64,000 nt of DNA from Spironucleus salmonicida (taxonomy: Eukaryota): contig NC_090601.1 in assembly GCF_000497125.1 (NCBI RefSeq), positions 992,001 through 1,056,000 of the forward strand, written 5' to 3'. The translations under genes were made by a program, and so were the position numbers. Positions 50,118 through 61,990 of this stretch are shown piece after piece (positions within the stretch are counted from its first letter, which is position 1; every line of letters starts with the position of its first letter). The notes under the pieces were generated by a model that was given only the letters and a program-made list of their open reading frames with translations, had not been told where the DNA came from and did not search any database.

Positions 50118-50884
50118 CTCATCGGTTCAGCGGGTACGACATCGCGAGGGTTCGGCCCCATCCGGCCCAGAGCGCGGGGTCTCGCTACACTTGCTCTACA
50201 GCCCAGCCTGGCTCTCCCTCGCACCCATAGGGCCGTGCCCAGGGTAATGCGTCCCCATGCTTCAGAATTAGGCCCTCGCATTTTCGAATCGGCCCACCTG
50301 CCCGCTTTCGGCCTACATACCCACGTATCCGGTTGGCCGAACTGTAGAAAAGAACCCCCTATTGTATACCCTTCTGCTGCGAGTTTGGACCCGAAGAGTG
50401 TGTTTCCACTAATCGGAGTATCCGCCAGAATGGACTCCGGGAGCACCCCCTTTCCCGTAGAATCGCCGGCCTCTAGTATACGAAAATCGCACCTCCCAGG
50501 CCCCACCCAAAACGAAACCGATCGTGCGCCAGAGCAACCAGACCCTCAGGCCCCATCTCGCCTGCGTGCTGGCCCCCGCTGGCTTCCCCATGGAGGGCGA
50601 CGACTCGCTCCAGCTGTCCGGCAGCAAGTACCCGTCGGCACGGCGCTTCTTCCTAGATGCGGAGTGATACATATAGTACGTTCGGCCCGGCGCTAGAAAC
50701 GCCGCGGCAGCACTATAACTTGCCTCACAGCAGGCTGCCGCGCTAGACCTTGGAAGGTCGCGCGCCCAGTCTTTAGAAACCCAGTTTTTCTGAATACCTC
50801 ATCCGCAAATCTAATTTATATTACGTATATTTCACGCTTTTTATTTGGGTGCAATACCCTTCCCAGCCTATTCCGTTTCACAAA

Positions 50885-52657
50885 ATGGCCGATCCTGGAA
50901 CCTGCGTAGACTTCCTGAGCTCCTGCAAAGCGGGCTTCTACTGTCCCGAGGACGGATAGCCAGGCAGAAAATGCCTGGTGTGCTCCGAATAAACCGGCTA
51001 CTTCAACAGCTGCAACTGCTAGGACAGCGTCGTCACCCCCCACTGCCGCGAATGTACTGCCGGAGCCTGTACGGCCTGCGTGGACTCCACCTACTTGGAA
51101 AACGGCGCGTGCGAGGACTGCATTCCTGGCTGCGAGCGCTGCGTGGACGGCCGGACGTGTATTGCCTGCGAACATGGGTACCTCATGAACACGACAACAA
51201 ACAGGTGCGAGGCGGTCTGCAAAATGAACAGCGAATGCGATTACGGCGAGAACTAGTTCTGCGACCAGAGCAACAAAACCTGCAAGGCCTGCCGCAATAA
51301 TTGCGAGTTCTGCCTGGCTGACAATGTCTGCACGCAATGCAGCAGCAGGGACCACGCCCTCAACCACGACGGAACCTGCACCACCGAATGCCCGAATCTG
51401 CAGAACGGACAGTACTGCAAGAACGGCACCGCCATGACCTGCGCCCCTGGGCTCACTTCGGACTGCAAGTGCGGGTTTGCGATCAACTGCGCGTCCTGCA
51501 CCTCCTCCGGAAATTCTTGTGCAACATGCGTCCCGAACACTAGCAAGGATAGGGATGGGAAGTGTCTCGTTTGCGCAGAGGGCTACGAGCTGCTCAATAG
51601 CTCTTGCTGGCCCAAGAACAACGTCCCGCCGGTATCTGGTACCTGTTCCTCCGAGGTCTCAAGCTGCCGCGTGGGCTATTTCTGCGATGCCACGGGGACG
51701 AAGATTCTCCTCTGCAAGCAGTGCTCCGCCTCCATCAAGCCAGGCCAGGGATGCTACTGCACAGATGGCGTCGCTACGGCGGACTGCCTTTCGTGCAGTG
51801 GTGCGACGTGCGCGACGTGCATTTCTGGGAGCTTTTTGGCTGGCGGAAAGTGCGAGCGCTGCCCCGTGAACTGCGCGGTTTGCACGAATGCGGGAACGTG
51901 CACGACGTGCGCCACTGGGTACATTTCTGGCCTGGATGGGAAGTGCGTCCTGGCTTGCAAAGTCGATAAGGACTGCAAAAACGGGGTCGCGGAGTTCTGC
52001 GACAGGACGACCGGAAAGTGCGCATCATGCATCCAAAACTGCTAGACCTGCGTGGATAACTCGACGTGTAAGACGTGCAAATCTGGATACTCTCTGGTCC
52101 CTAGCGCCAAGCAGTGCATTGTGAGCTGTAGAAGCAGCCAGGACTGCTCCGGGGGTGTTTCGTAATTTTGCAACAGCGCCACTGGACTCTGCGGAAATTG
52201 CAGCGCAAACTGCGCCGCCTGCGCTTCTAGTACTGTTTGCAGCTCTTGCAGTGCAGGCTTCGTCGCAACGACGGCCGGAGTATGTGTTAAGGGGTGCACA
52301 GACTTTCAGAACGGGCAGTATTGCAAAGACGCCGCTGCAGCCAGCTGCGCAGAGGGTATCGACAGTCAGTGCAAGTGCGGGGATAACGTAAACTGTGCTA
52401 CGTGCGATTTGAAGACGGTTCAGTGCGAAAAGTGCCTGAAAGGCATACTTAAAGACGAATCTGGGAAGTGTATGAAGTGTCTCGCTGGGCATACACTAAT
52501 TGGATCAGTATGCTAAAAAGATCCTGATGTGCCTGTGGAGGATGGAAATAAGCTTAGCGGCGGCGCAATTGCCGGTATTGTAATAGCTATGATGGTGCTA
52601 ATTGGAGGAATTGGGTGTGGAGTTGTCTACTATTTGATGAAGCGCTATAAGAAGTGA
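50885..52657 (+). CDS. Cysteine-rich membrane protein (HCMP/CRMP-like), 590 aa
   Basis: Code-6 ORF with dense CXXC/CXC motifs, [30 protein letters not shown], tail MKRYKK, AAGTGA stop. Confidence 0.92.
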
Positions 52658-52764
52658 AATGTTTCCTTTTTATTGTTTAGTTAACTGAGTCAACGAATTT
52701 TTATTTTTTGTGTCTTGTATTATCGAAAATGTTAATATTTTTTACTCATTTTGATTTTATATGA

Positions 52765-53797
52765 TTATTATATTCATATGTATAACAAAAGTATTTTTGA
52801 ATGTAAATTGATTATCAGTTGCGTTGATGAAGTAGATGAAAATAACATTTACTATCTTAATTTATTGTAAATTTATATAGGAATGCAAACAGTTCGTAAT
52901 TATCTTGTTTAATATTGAAATAAATTTTTGATATTAACTGGTTATTTTAACTAATAACCCAGGCTATACTGATTCCGTAGTATAATAATAGAATATCTTT
53001 TATTTGTTCAGAGATAATATCTAAGTAGCTATACAAAATACTTTATGAATGTTAGAATGAAACCTAATAAAGTATATATTTTTACTGTATTATTATATAA
53101 TACAATAGTAAAATGTATGGTACTAATATATAATTCAAATAATGAATTTTAGCACTTAAGCTTTTAGTATTTTAAAATTTAACATCAATATATATTTTAA
53201 TACCTAAAAAATTAATCTTAAAGGAGTTAAGACCAAAGTAAAATTTGACGATAAAAAATAATAACACTATTGATATTATAATAAATAAATTTTATGACAC
53301 TAAGTTAGTCAAGATTCATTAAATCACAACTATAACATAGGATACATTAACTGCAAGGTGGCATTTTCATTACTAATAGGTTTCTAGATCCATAACATTA
53401 GATAGAATTTTCAACTACGTATTATTGACATTATATTACCTATTAGTTTAAATGTATAACTATATAGTATTAAAATTTAAAAAGATTTATCTATAGAAAT
53501 AGGCAGTATCAACTATGCATAAGTTTATTCAGCCAGAAATTTAAATAAAAGCTATTTCACTGACTTATAAATGATCCAGCTATTTTTGCAAAAATTTAAA
53601 TTATTAATCCCTTAAAATAATATTATGAACTTACTTGTAGTATATAAACCTCATAGAAGATATTATTTCATATGCATTCATATATAAGTTTACAATAAAT
53701 TAAGATAGTAAATGTTATTTTCATCTACCTCATCAAAGTAACTGATGAGAATCAATTTACACTCAAAATGCATTTTATTATAGACATAAATATAATA
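52765..53797. repeat. Diverged inverted repeat (core ~125 bp: 52765-52890 vs 53672-53797), either a decayed palindrome or a MITE-like element
   Basis: gtagatgaaaataacatttactatcttaatttattgtaaa is present as an exact reverse complement, with imperfect similarity extending on both sides. Confidence 0.75.
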
Positions 53798-54057
53798 GGA
53801 GTAAGTAGCTAAGTACAAAAACAACTTTCTGCTGCATTCAGTTTTAAACCCACCAAAGTCATTTTATGATAGTGTTGTCATCATAACAATGACTTGCCGT
53901 ATTTTAAATCGAAGCCGACTGAACCATACTTTTAGTAAGTATTACTTACTACTCCATTAATTGAATGCAGTCAAAGACAAATTTGATTAATAAATGATCA
54001 ATAAACATAAATATTAAATAAATAGAAACCCAATAGTTTAGAAAAATAACATAGCAA

Positions 54058-54109
54058 GCGGCCCGACCCGAAAGCGATTGCTTTAGAGATTGCTGGGCGG
54101 GTGGGTCGC
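54058..54109 (+). other. Isolated GC-rich stem-loop ~65 bp upstream of the pPolB region
   Basis: GCGGCCC(G)ACCCG pairs with CGGGTGGGTCGC, inner AGCGAT/ATTGCT, in strongly AT-rich flanks. Confidence 0.65.
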
Positions 54110-54174
54110 ATTAAACAAAATCAGAGCATCAAAATTATAGATCATTTTATTTATTTAAAATCAAAAAATAAAAT

Positions 54175-57100
54175 ATGATTAAAATAGTAAAAGCAAAAAG
54201 CTGTAATTTAACAAATTAATTTTTTAAACCCATATAAAATGTAGCTCAATCACACCAAACTTGTATAATCAGACACTAAAGGTATTCTATAAGCATTGTA
54301 ATAAGTTTCATAACAGTACTTGAAGAAAGAGATATCTCTTTAAGAGTATTACTAAAAATCATAGCAATATAAATTATAGCATCTTCATATTAAATTACTG
54401 AAATATAAAGTATCAAAAGATAACTTAAATTACAATGAAGCTATTCTCTTAAAATAACATATACTAAAATAAGAAAGATCAGGTCACACTAGCAATCAGA
54501 TAAAATTAAAATTGATTACTACACCAAATATTAAAAAGAATATAAGCACAGAACTATTTTAAAGGATTAAACAGAATAAACTAATAAATATTACTTTACA
54601 CTAAAAATACGTTTCACAACAATATAAAACTAGAGAAACTAATTTGTTAAACGCTAAAATAGAAAAATTTAAAGATGTACTTGAGAATCTATACGAATAC
54701 ACTTTAAGGAGTTATTTCCGAAAACTGACTTAAATAGATATATAATATACTTACTACTATTAAGGAATCAGATTCAAAAATTAAAATTAATGAATAAGTA
54801 TATATTATGATTAATTTAATGTAGATAACGTTAAGTTGAATTAAAGAATTAATACCGAGTGTAGCTTACCATAAATGAATTTACCACGTAGCGAAACGAT
54901 AGAATAGTTTTTAATTGAATTCGATAGAAATTTGTCTTTTACAGTTCACGCAGGCGAAACCTTTACATGTCAGCAAGATAGAGTTAACGGAAATATTAAT
55001 TCATTCCTTTTTATAATAATATAATATATCGTTTACAATAAAAAATTATACACATTATTTTGTTAAATTAAAACTAAGAGAAAGAGGTTTAAATACAAAC
55101 ATTTAAAGAAATAATGGCGGATAGTACAAAAATTTGCTGTATAAAGAAATTTAAAGGGTGAATTATCATTTTCAAATATTGGTATTAAGCAAGTTTTAGA
55201 GATTAATATTGATGATTTAGTTGAGTCTTTGTTTGAGGTATTTGAAATGTTCTATAAGATGTTTAATGAATGGGATCCGACTTATGACTACGGATTTTAA
55301 ATAGGCTTACTTCGCAAAAATTCAGGAAATGCATATGAAGAAGATAAATAAATAAAATATCTTTATAAAAGATCAATATTCTTTGTTAGAAATAATGATG
55401 AAAAGTGTTTATATGCAGCAATAATTTCAGCATCCATTAAAAAAACAACTTATTGTTAATGGTAAATATACTTTTAAAATTAATAATTAAATATACATGA
55501 TTCCTAAAGATGCATTCAGTCATGGAAGATAACTTAGAAACTATTCAATAAATGTAAAAGTTATAACTTATATTTCTTTACTTAGTTATTATTTGGATTT
55601 ATAAGCATTGTTGGAGATGATTTATCAGGGGAGGAAATAGTTTAAAGAGCAGAAAGCGTATTCGAATTAAATATACTAAGATTAACATTAGCAAATTAAA
55701 ATGATATCTTACCATCTCGTACAGAAGATTTATTACTTGTTCAAAACAAAACAGCGAATTACAAAGGGCATTACAATGTAATTATGGAATATAAATAATA
55801 CGTAAATACTATCAAACCACTCTACAAAGATTATAATTATTGCTACTAACATAGATTGTTTACATACCGTAGAAACAAATGTAAAAACTGTGTTCTAGTA
55901 GGAGCAGTTGATCAAGAATATTATTGTTAGCTCTGTTGTTACAAACATGAATTGGATTAAAATAACATGAATCATTAATGCGAGAATTGCAATATTAGAG
56001 TAAACCATGAACCTAATACTAAATGCTTAAAAAGAAATAATGATATTTGTTAATTATTTACGCCTTGTGTTAATTGTGGTAGGATTCATAGTAGTATGAG
56101 TAACTGCTATGCAAAATTATAACATGATGAGTTATACTTTAAAGAAGGGCTGCTTAAGAAAGATTAAAAGTCATACGTAGTTTGGGATATTGAAAGCTAC
56201 TTTGAAAACGTTCCAGAAGAATTAATAGACAAAGCTTCAATGCAACACATACCGTTTTTAGTATCTTGGTATATAATGAAATATGATAGAGCGAAGAATG
56301 AATATACTTAACAAGACTTCTTTTATAAAAACAACCTTACGTTTATACAACATGGTACCTTTACTCCATCAAATGATTAATTCTTAATTAAGTTTATTGA
56401 TCATATGAAACTTGTAGATATGAAATATAAGGTATACGATTTCTACGCTCACAATGCAGCTGCATATGATAATTATTTATTACTATCTGAAGTATCAAAA
56501 TACGGAGTTGAAAACTATAAGACTGACACTATAATTAGTAATAACAAACTACTTCAACTAAAATTGATAATATATATTTTAAAGATTCATTTAGAATCAT
56601 TCCTATGCCACTGTCTAAATTAAATAAAGACTTAGATTTGAGACTTGTTGTAGGAAAACAGCTGCAGTCATATACGTACCTGACTAAAAACATGTTTGAT
56701 TAATTTATTGAAAGAAGAGGTAAACTAATGACCATAAAACAACTTGTAGATTCAAACAACCTATAGTTAAAACATTTTAATAACTTGTCAAAAGATGAGT
56801 TTGAATAGTACGTAATTGACTATGGGCATATTGACTATGTTACTTAATACGTAAACTACTGCATTCCAGACTGTTTCGTTTTAGCTGTAGCAATAAGGAA
56901 GTAAATTGAAATCTCACTTCAGGAATAAAAAGTCAACATCATTAATTATTTAACAGCACCAGCAATGGCTATGAACTTAAATACTCATCATTGTGTTTCA
57001 TAATTATAAAATGGATTCTAAGATTTAAAACATAACAAATCTAAATGTGAATGCAAGTTGTCTTAATTAATTTAATAAGATATTTAATTAGTAAATAAAT

Positions 57101-59094
57101 TATTAGATACTGGTTTTAATAAATATCAAATGTTTTATATAACTAGCAATTCAAAGGATCAAGATACAGCATTGACATGGTGTTAACGGCTGATAATAAG
57201 AAATATGGGCTTGAGTTAGATGGTACCTTTTATCATGGATTAAAAGAACTAAGTTGCAAAGATGAATATCATATATTATAACATGAAAGATTAGAAGCTC
57301 ATAATAATAAAACTTAAGATTTAAATGATAAAGTAAAACTCAATGGCTTCGTGTAAATATTTCACGTAACTCACAAGCAGTGTATACAATTCGAAAAAGA
57401 TAACAATGTAAAGATAGAAGTACCTAAACGCTTTGACATAACCAACAGATCAATCTTGACTGAAGGAAGAGCATAGTGCTTTACAGATCACATGAAAATA
57501 AACAAGAAGAAGTTTAAGATGTACGGAATTGATTTCATATAGCTGTATCCATCTGCAATGGTATTTAGGAACTGGCCATTAAGTGATTTAGTTATTGGAA
57601 CGCATTACGGAAACACTATTTATGATTCAACAATACACGACGAGTATAATATTAATTAATTCAAATTTAAAATAGATTAAAAGTATATTGATTAAGTAAA
57701 GTAGTATGTTAAATAGATCCCAAGAATCATTAACTCCGAAGCAATGCTGTAGTACTTCTTATAAGGATGTGATAACCATAAAAGATTGATCTAAATCAAA
57801 TGTCAAATGCTTCCTCCATAGTTATTAAAGTACCCAGTTTTAGGAACTAACATTTGTGCTAAGTTACTATATCCACTTTGCAGAACATGTTCGGAATAGA
57901 AATGCTTAGATGTAAACAATCATGCACGTTACAACCACAATGAAGATGAAATAATACTTACAGGAGTATGGCATGGAACTGAATTGATAAATGCTTTATA
58001 CGAAGGACATAAGTTCGGGGAGAAATACGAGGCACACACTTACTAAACATCAAGTTTTAATGATAACTAATATTAAGGAGGAAACTTCATTAATTCATAG
58101 ATGTTCAACAAGACAATGAACTCAGATCAAGATGATTATAAGGATGAAGCTGTACTAAAGCAATTAGCAAATGATTGTAACTTTGACTATATTTATAACG
58201 ATGGCATAGCATCAATCAAATAAAAGAGTGGAGTTGAATATAGGTAACTTAAACTAAACCAAGGAGTAAAGACCTTCTATACACTATTGTTAAATTCAAC
58301 GTATGGTAAGACAGGCTAGAATGTTGTAATACCAACGGAGTCGTTTGATAAGGGTGAATTCCTTTTTGGTATGCATGACGAAGAGCTGCATAAGAATTAT
58401 AAATTGAATTAATTGGATAAGTATGATTAAGAATACTTATGCATACGAATAAGAGTTGTAATAAACATAAAGAACCTAATCAAATGCATCCTTGGCAGGA
58501 ACGATAACAACAGTAGCAAGAACTATGCGTTATACATTAATAAGATATGTAAATGATGAATTAAAAGGAACTGTCTTATACGCTGATACAGATTCAGTTT
58601 ACTGTGTTTTAGATAGAGTAAAGTACACAAACTTAACTTCAGTAACATTCAAGAACACATACTCTTGCAAATGCGAATAGAAACTTGATCCAAATGAATG
58701 GGTTTGTATAGGAGCGAAGTAATATGCATATACAGATGGAGTTAGATATGCATAAACACCAAAAGGTATCACCTTAGATAAAACAGGTATTATTGAAGTA
58801 GAGGAAGGGAAGCTTGTTCATGTGTTCGATATTTATAAACCAATACTGTTTGATTAAATATAGGTTAACGAGGACGGTAGTATTTAAAAGAGAGACTCAA
58901 ACGCTGAGACAAAAGTAAAACAAGATCTAAACTTTATAAGAGATAATAAAATATATAACATATACACTCACACAAGATATAAAGTAATTAGGTAATAGTA
59001 ATAAAAGAGGCTTATTGATTTTAGTTCAAGAGTTGATTAAATATCAACATTGCTTTTTGGATATGATAAAGTATAATCACGATTTTATAATATG
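54175..59094 (+). pseudogene. Protein-primed family B DNA polymerase (Polinton type) with N-terminal OTU-like and Zn-finger regions and an inserted PD-(D/E)xK/Vsr-like nuclease; several frameshifts
   Basis: Code-6 motifs: KRSIFFVRNNDEKCLYAAI (~55400), GHYNVI (~55770), Cys/His clusters, ExoI WDIES (56183), ExoII HNAAAYD, FKDSF, ExoIII YCIPD, IDM...ELDGTFYHG (~57200), PolA DFIQLYPSAM (57531), KLLYPLCRTC...LTGVW, PolB LNSTYGK, PolC YADTDS (58579), GAKQY, KGIT, KR...TLLFGY. Frameshifts at ~54800, ~56560, ~57150 and ~58450-58490; the 5' start is uncertain. Confidence 0.9.
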
Positions 59095-59120
59095 AATCAT
59101 TTTTTTAATCTATAATAAAA

Positions 59121-59472
59121 ATGGAGAATCAAGAAATCTTTTTTTCCAAGTCTCGATAGCATAGCTGGATATCATTATCTACGCTAGCTGTAGCTGTTCT
59201 CATTAGATGAGGTATCATACTTATCAAAGTTGGTATATTTGAACTTCTAATAGTACTCATGGCCAACCCTAAGTAAGTTAGTAAAAAAATAAAAAACAAA
59301 TGTTAAATACTTAAAATAATAAGGTAGTATAAAACTCAATAAAACTATTATCGACAACTCGAAAGAAGAGTTAGGATACTTAAATTAACTCATTAAACGA
59401 CTTGAAAAGTTTATTGAAATTTCTACAGTTTTTGATGTAATAACAGAATTATCCAGCTACTATGAGGCGTGA
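59121..59472 (+). CDS. Element ORF2, ~116 aa, unknown function (one extra T in a T-run at ~59140)
   Basis: aaaaATG start MENQEIFF, then PSLDSIAGYHYL...ELSSYYEA* in the shifted frame. Confidence 0.5.
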
Positions 59473-59505
59473 ACAAAGCTATATTTTTTAATTAATAAAA
59501 CAACC

Positions 59506-60472
59506 ATGCCAACAAACTCAATTGACACAAATATAAATGAATAAAATAATTCAACTAATTCAACTGATACAAATATAAAATTCAAAAAATTAAAAGATAA
59601 CTATGAATACACAGACGATACAAAACGAGATAACGCAAGATACTAACAGATGAATAAAAACAAGAAAGATTACTTAAGAAATAAAAATTATAAAAAGATA
59701 GGCTACCCAAAGATGATTGAAGTAAAATAGAAAAATAAATAAATAAATAATTTAATAATCAACATTCCAAAATATTGATACACTAACAGAATTATAAAAC
59801 AGTTTAAAATAATTTAAAGATGAATTATTTTCAAAATTTGAAAGTTAAGACAGCTCAAAATGTAAACATAAGTTGAATCAGTCACAAACATAAAAAAGGA
59901 ATCAGATTCGCATTAACAAGTCAGGGAACAACCGATTTAATAACAATCTGGAAAGCCATAGTTTTTCTGGTCCTAAAGGGACCAATTAACAACATATTAA
60001 AGTTTATAAGCAAGATTTAAATGAATTAATTATTCAAAATCATTTTTTAATTAGTAAAATAAATATTGCAAATTAAATTAATAAAGGAGCAGACATAGCT
60101 ACAGATGCAGGTTATCAACTTATTAATAAATTAAGTCTAAAAGATCAAACTAAAGATAACTCAGGCAGAGTGTTAGACATAGCAAACAGGTTTACAAAAG
60201 ATATGGCATATTCAGGATCATTGCATAACGCAAATAAAATATAACCAGAAACATTGCATGACTCAAACAAGATACCACCACAGTAACTATAACAAACAGC
60301 AAAACAATAAAGATAGATCAGATTAAGATCTGGTTGGGAGAGATTCAAATCGGGATTCAAAGCTGTATTTAAACCAATTGCAAGTTTTGGAGCTAACTTA
60401 CTAAACTTCATACCTGGCGTTGGTCCAATACTATCAGCTGGAGCAAAAGGACTTATAGGTTTAATGAAGTGA
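59506..60472 (+). CDS. Element ORF3, ~320 aa (frameshift ~59750), ending in an amphipathic Gly-rich peptide
   Basis: C-terminus RLRSGWERFKSGFKAVFKPIASFGANLLNFIPGVGPILSAGAKGLIGLMK*, with AAGTGA stop. Confidence 0.6.
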
Positions 60473-60669
60473 ACAATAATATTAATTATCATTCAATTTT
60501 TTGGATCCAATTGAATTGATTACATATATTATTTTATCAATAGATTCCGTAACGCAAATTTTCGTGTTACAAATTTTCTAATTTATGAATAAAATACTAA
60601 TATACTTTCTACTTGCACATTAACTATACTTCCAGCTTGCTTTGCAAAGTGATAATCTTAACAAATGCA

Positions 60670-61990
60670 TCACTATTACCTCTTTTATAAAATAATATTT
60701 TATTCCTATAACATTTATAGATTGGCGTGCTTTATTTCAGCGTCTTTACACGGTGACACGACTGCGTACTTTCTCTTCTTGACAGCTGCAGCCACAGCAA
60801 TGAACATCACCCCCAAAGAACGACCCCAGTGCTCGAACTGTTCCTGTCTGGAATGCACAGCCTATCGATCCTCTGGAAAGCATGATAGCAGCATTAGCTC
60901 TTATTGCTGCCAACTAACACCCCGTTGACGTACTTATATCATTCCATTCCCCAGGAGTGCTGCAGAACGCGCAGTCCTTTTAGCATTTCGCGCGCACGCT
61001 CCCCGAGCGATTCCTGGAACAGCAAAAGCTCTGGGGGCAAGGCTTGCTGTTCGAGCTTTTTGGTAGTGCTAAGGGCGTACCCGTCCTTGCACTAGGTGCA
61101 GATATATTTGTCAGGACAGATATTCCAACCATCTGTGCAGAGTTTGCAGCCAGCATTTTATAAAAAGGCACCGTCTGGATATGGCGAGCAAGAAGTTACG
61201 CCTATATATGGGGTGTGTCAGTTTTTGCAATTCTGGCATGCATTTGGGGGGTAGTGCAGAACTTTTTAGCACATTTGACGTTTTGGAGGTCAAATCCTGC
61301 CATGATAAGACCACAAGCTGAGGCTGATACGCATCTAAAGTATTTTCAGTGCATATAGTGCATTTGCTTGCTTCCAAAAAATTTTCACTTTTGCATGAAG
61401 TATAGATGGATGAGTCAGAGCAGGCCTCACAATTACTGGGGCAGGCCTCGCATTCTTCTTGTTTCAGTACGAAGGCGATTTAGCACTTGGTGCACACTCC
61501 AGCAGACAAGCAGGGGAGGCAGTTGGAAGGGCATGCGACGCAGATATTTCCGCTGAGGACGTATCCGGCCTGGAACTCCGAGCACGTGCTCATACCGGAG
61601 CATTTGCTGCATCCACTGATACAGGTGGAATATATGAACTGGGCGTTGTGGCAGTACCCAGTGGCACACACTGCATTTTCCTGACTCAAAGCAGTCCTCT
61701 CAGTGATTGGGCAACTTGTACAGGGGATTCCGCTGAAATAGTAGCCCACGGAGCACAACGTGCAGTCTATGGCATTGACACACATTTTTCAGTCCTTGTT
61801 GCAGGCCCTGCAGTTATCCCCGCTCTTGTAGTATCCCAAGCTGCATTTCTGACATGTGTCCTTATTGGAAATACTGAATTTATCACAGTTATATTATCTG
61901 CCACTTTAGCAAATTTCAGGATTGATGATATCTCTGGTTGGGCAAACAGTTCCAGTAGGACATGTATTTGTGGGAGATTGATAACCGGAT
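60670..61990 (-). pseudogene. Decayed cysteine-rich membrane protein gene
   Basis: CXXC repeats (CVNAIDCTLC, CISGCSKC, CPSNCLPC) spread over several frames, an in-frame TGA at 61789-61791, and a shortened TM segment before KKRK. Confidence 0.7.

Larger units (their letters stand above)
54050..60510 (+). mobile_element. Endogenous Polinton/Maverick-like (pPolB-encoding) element, boundaries approximate
   Basis: A-rich co-directional block with a GC hairpin, a large pPolB ORF and two further ORFs; no TIR/TSD identified. Confidence 0.8.

Noticed and set aside
53741-53770. Hammerhead ribozyme (CTGATGAG...CTC)
   Set aside because: The required GAAA after stem II is absent (CTCAAAA), and the mirror copy lacks the core.
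52765-53797. Terminal inverted repeats of the pPolB element
   Set aside because: Both arms lie to the left of the element, and no matching copy was found near 60.5 kb.
61789-61791. Selenocysteine TGA at a CXXC position
   Set aside because: The same gene has frameshifts and a damaged TM segment, and I recognised no SECIS; a nonsense mutation is simpler.
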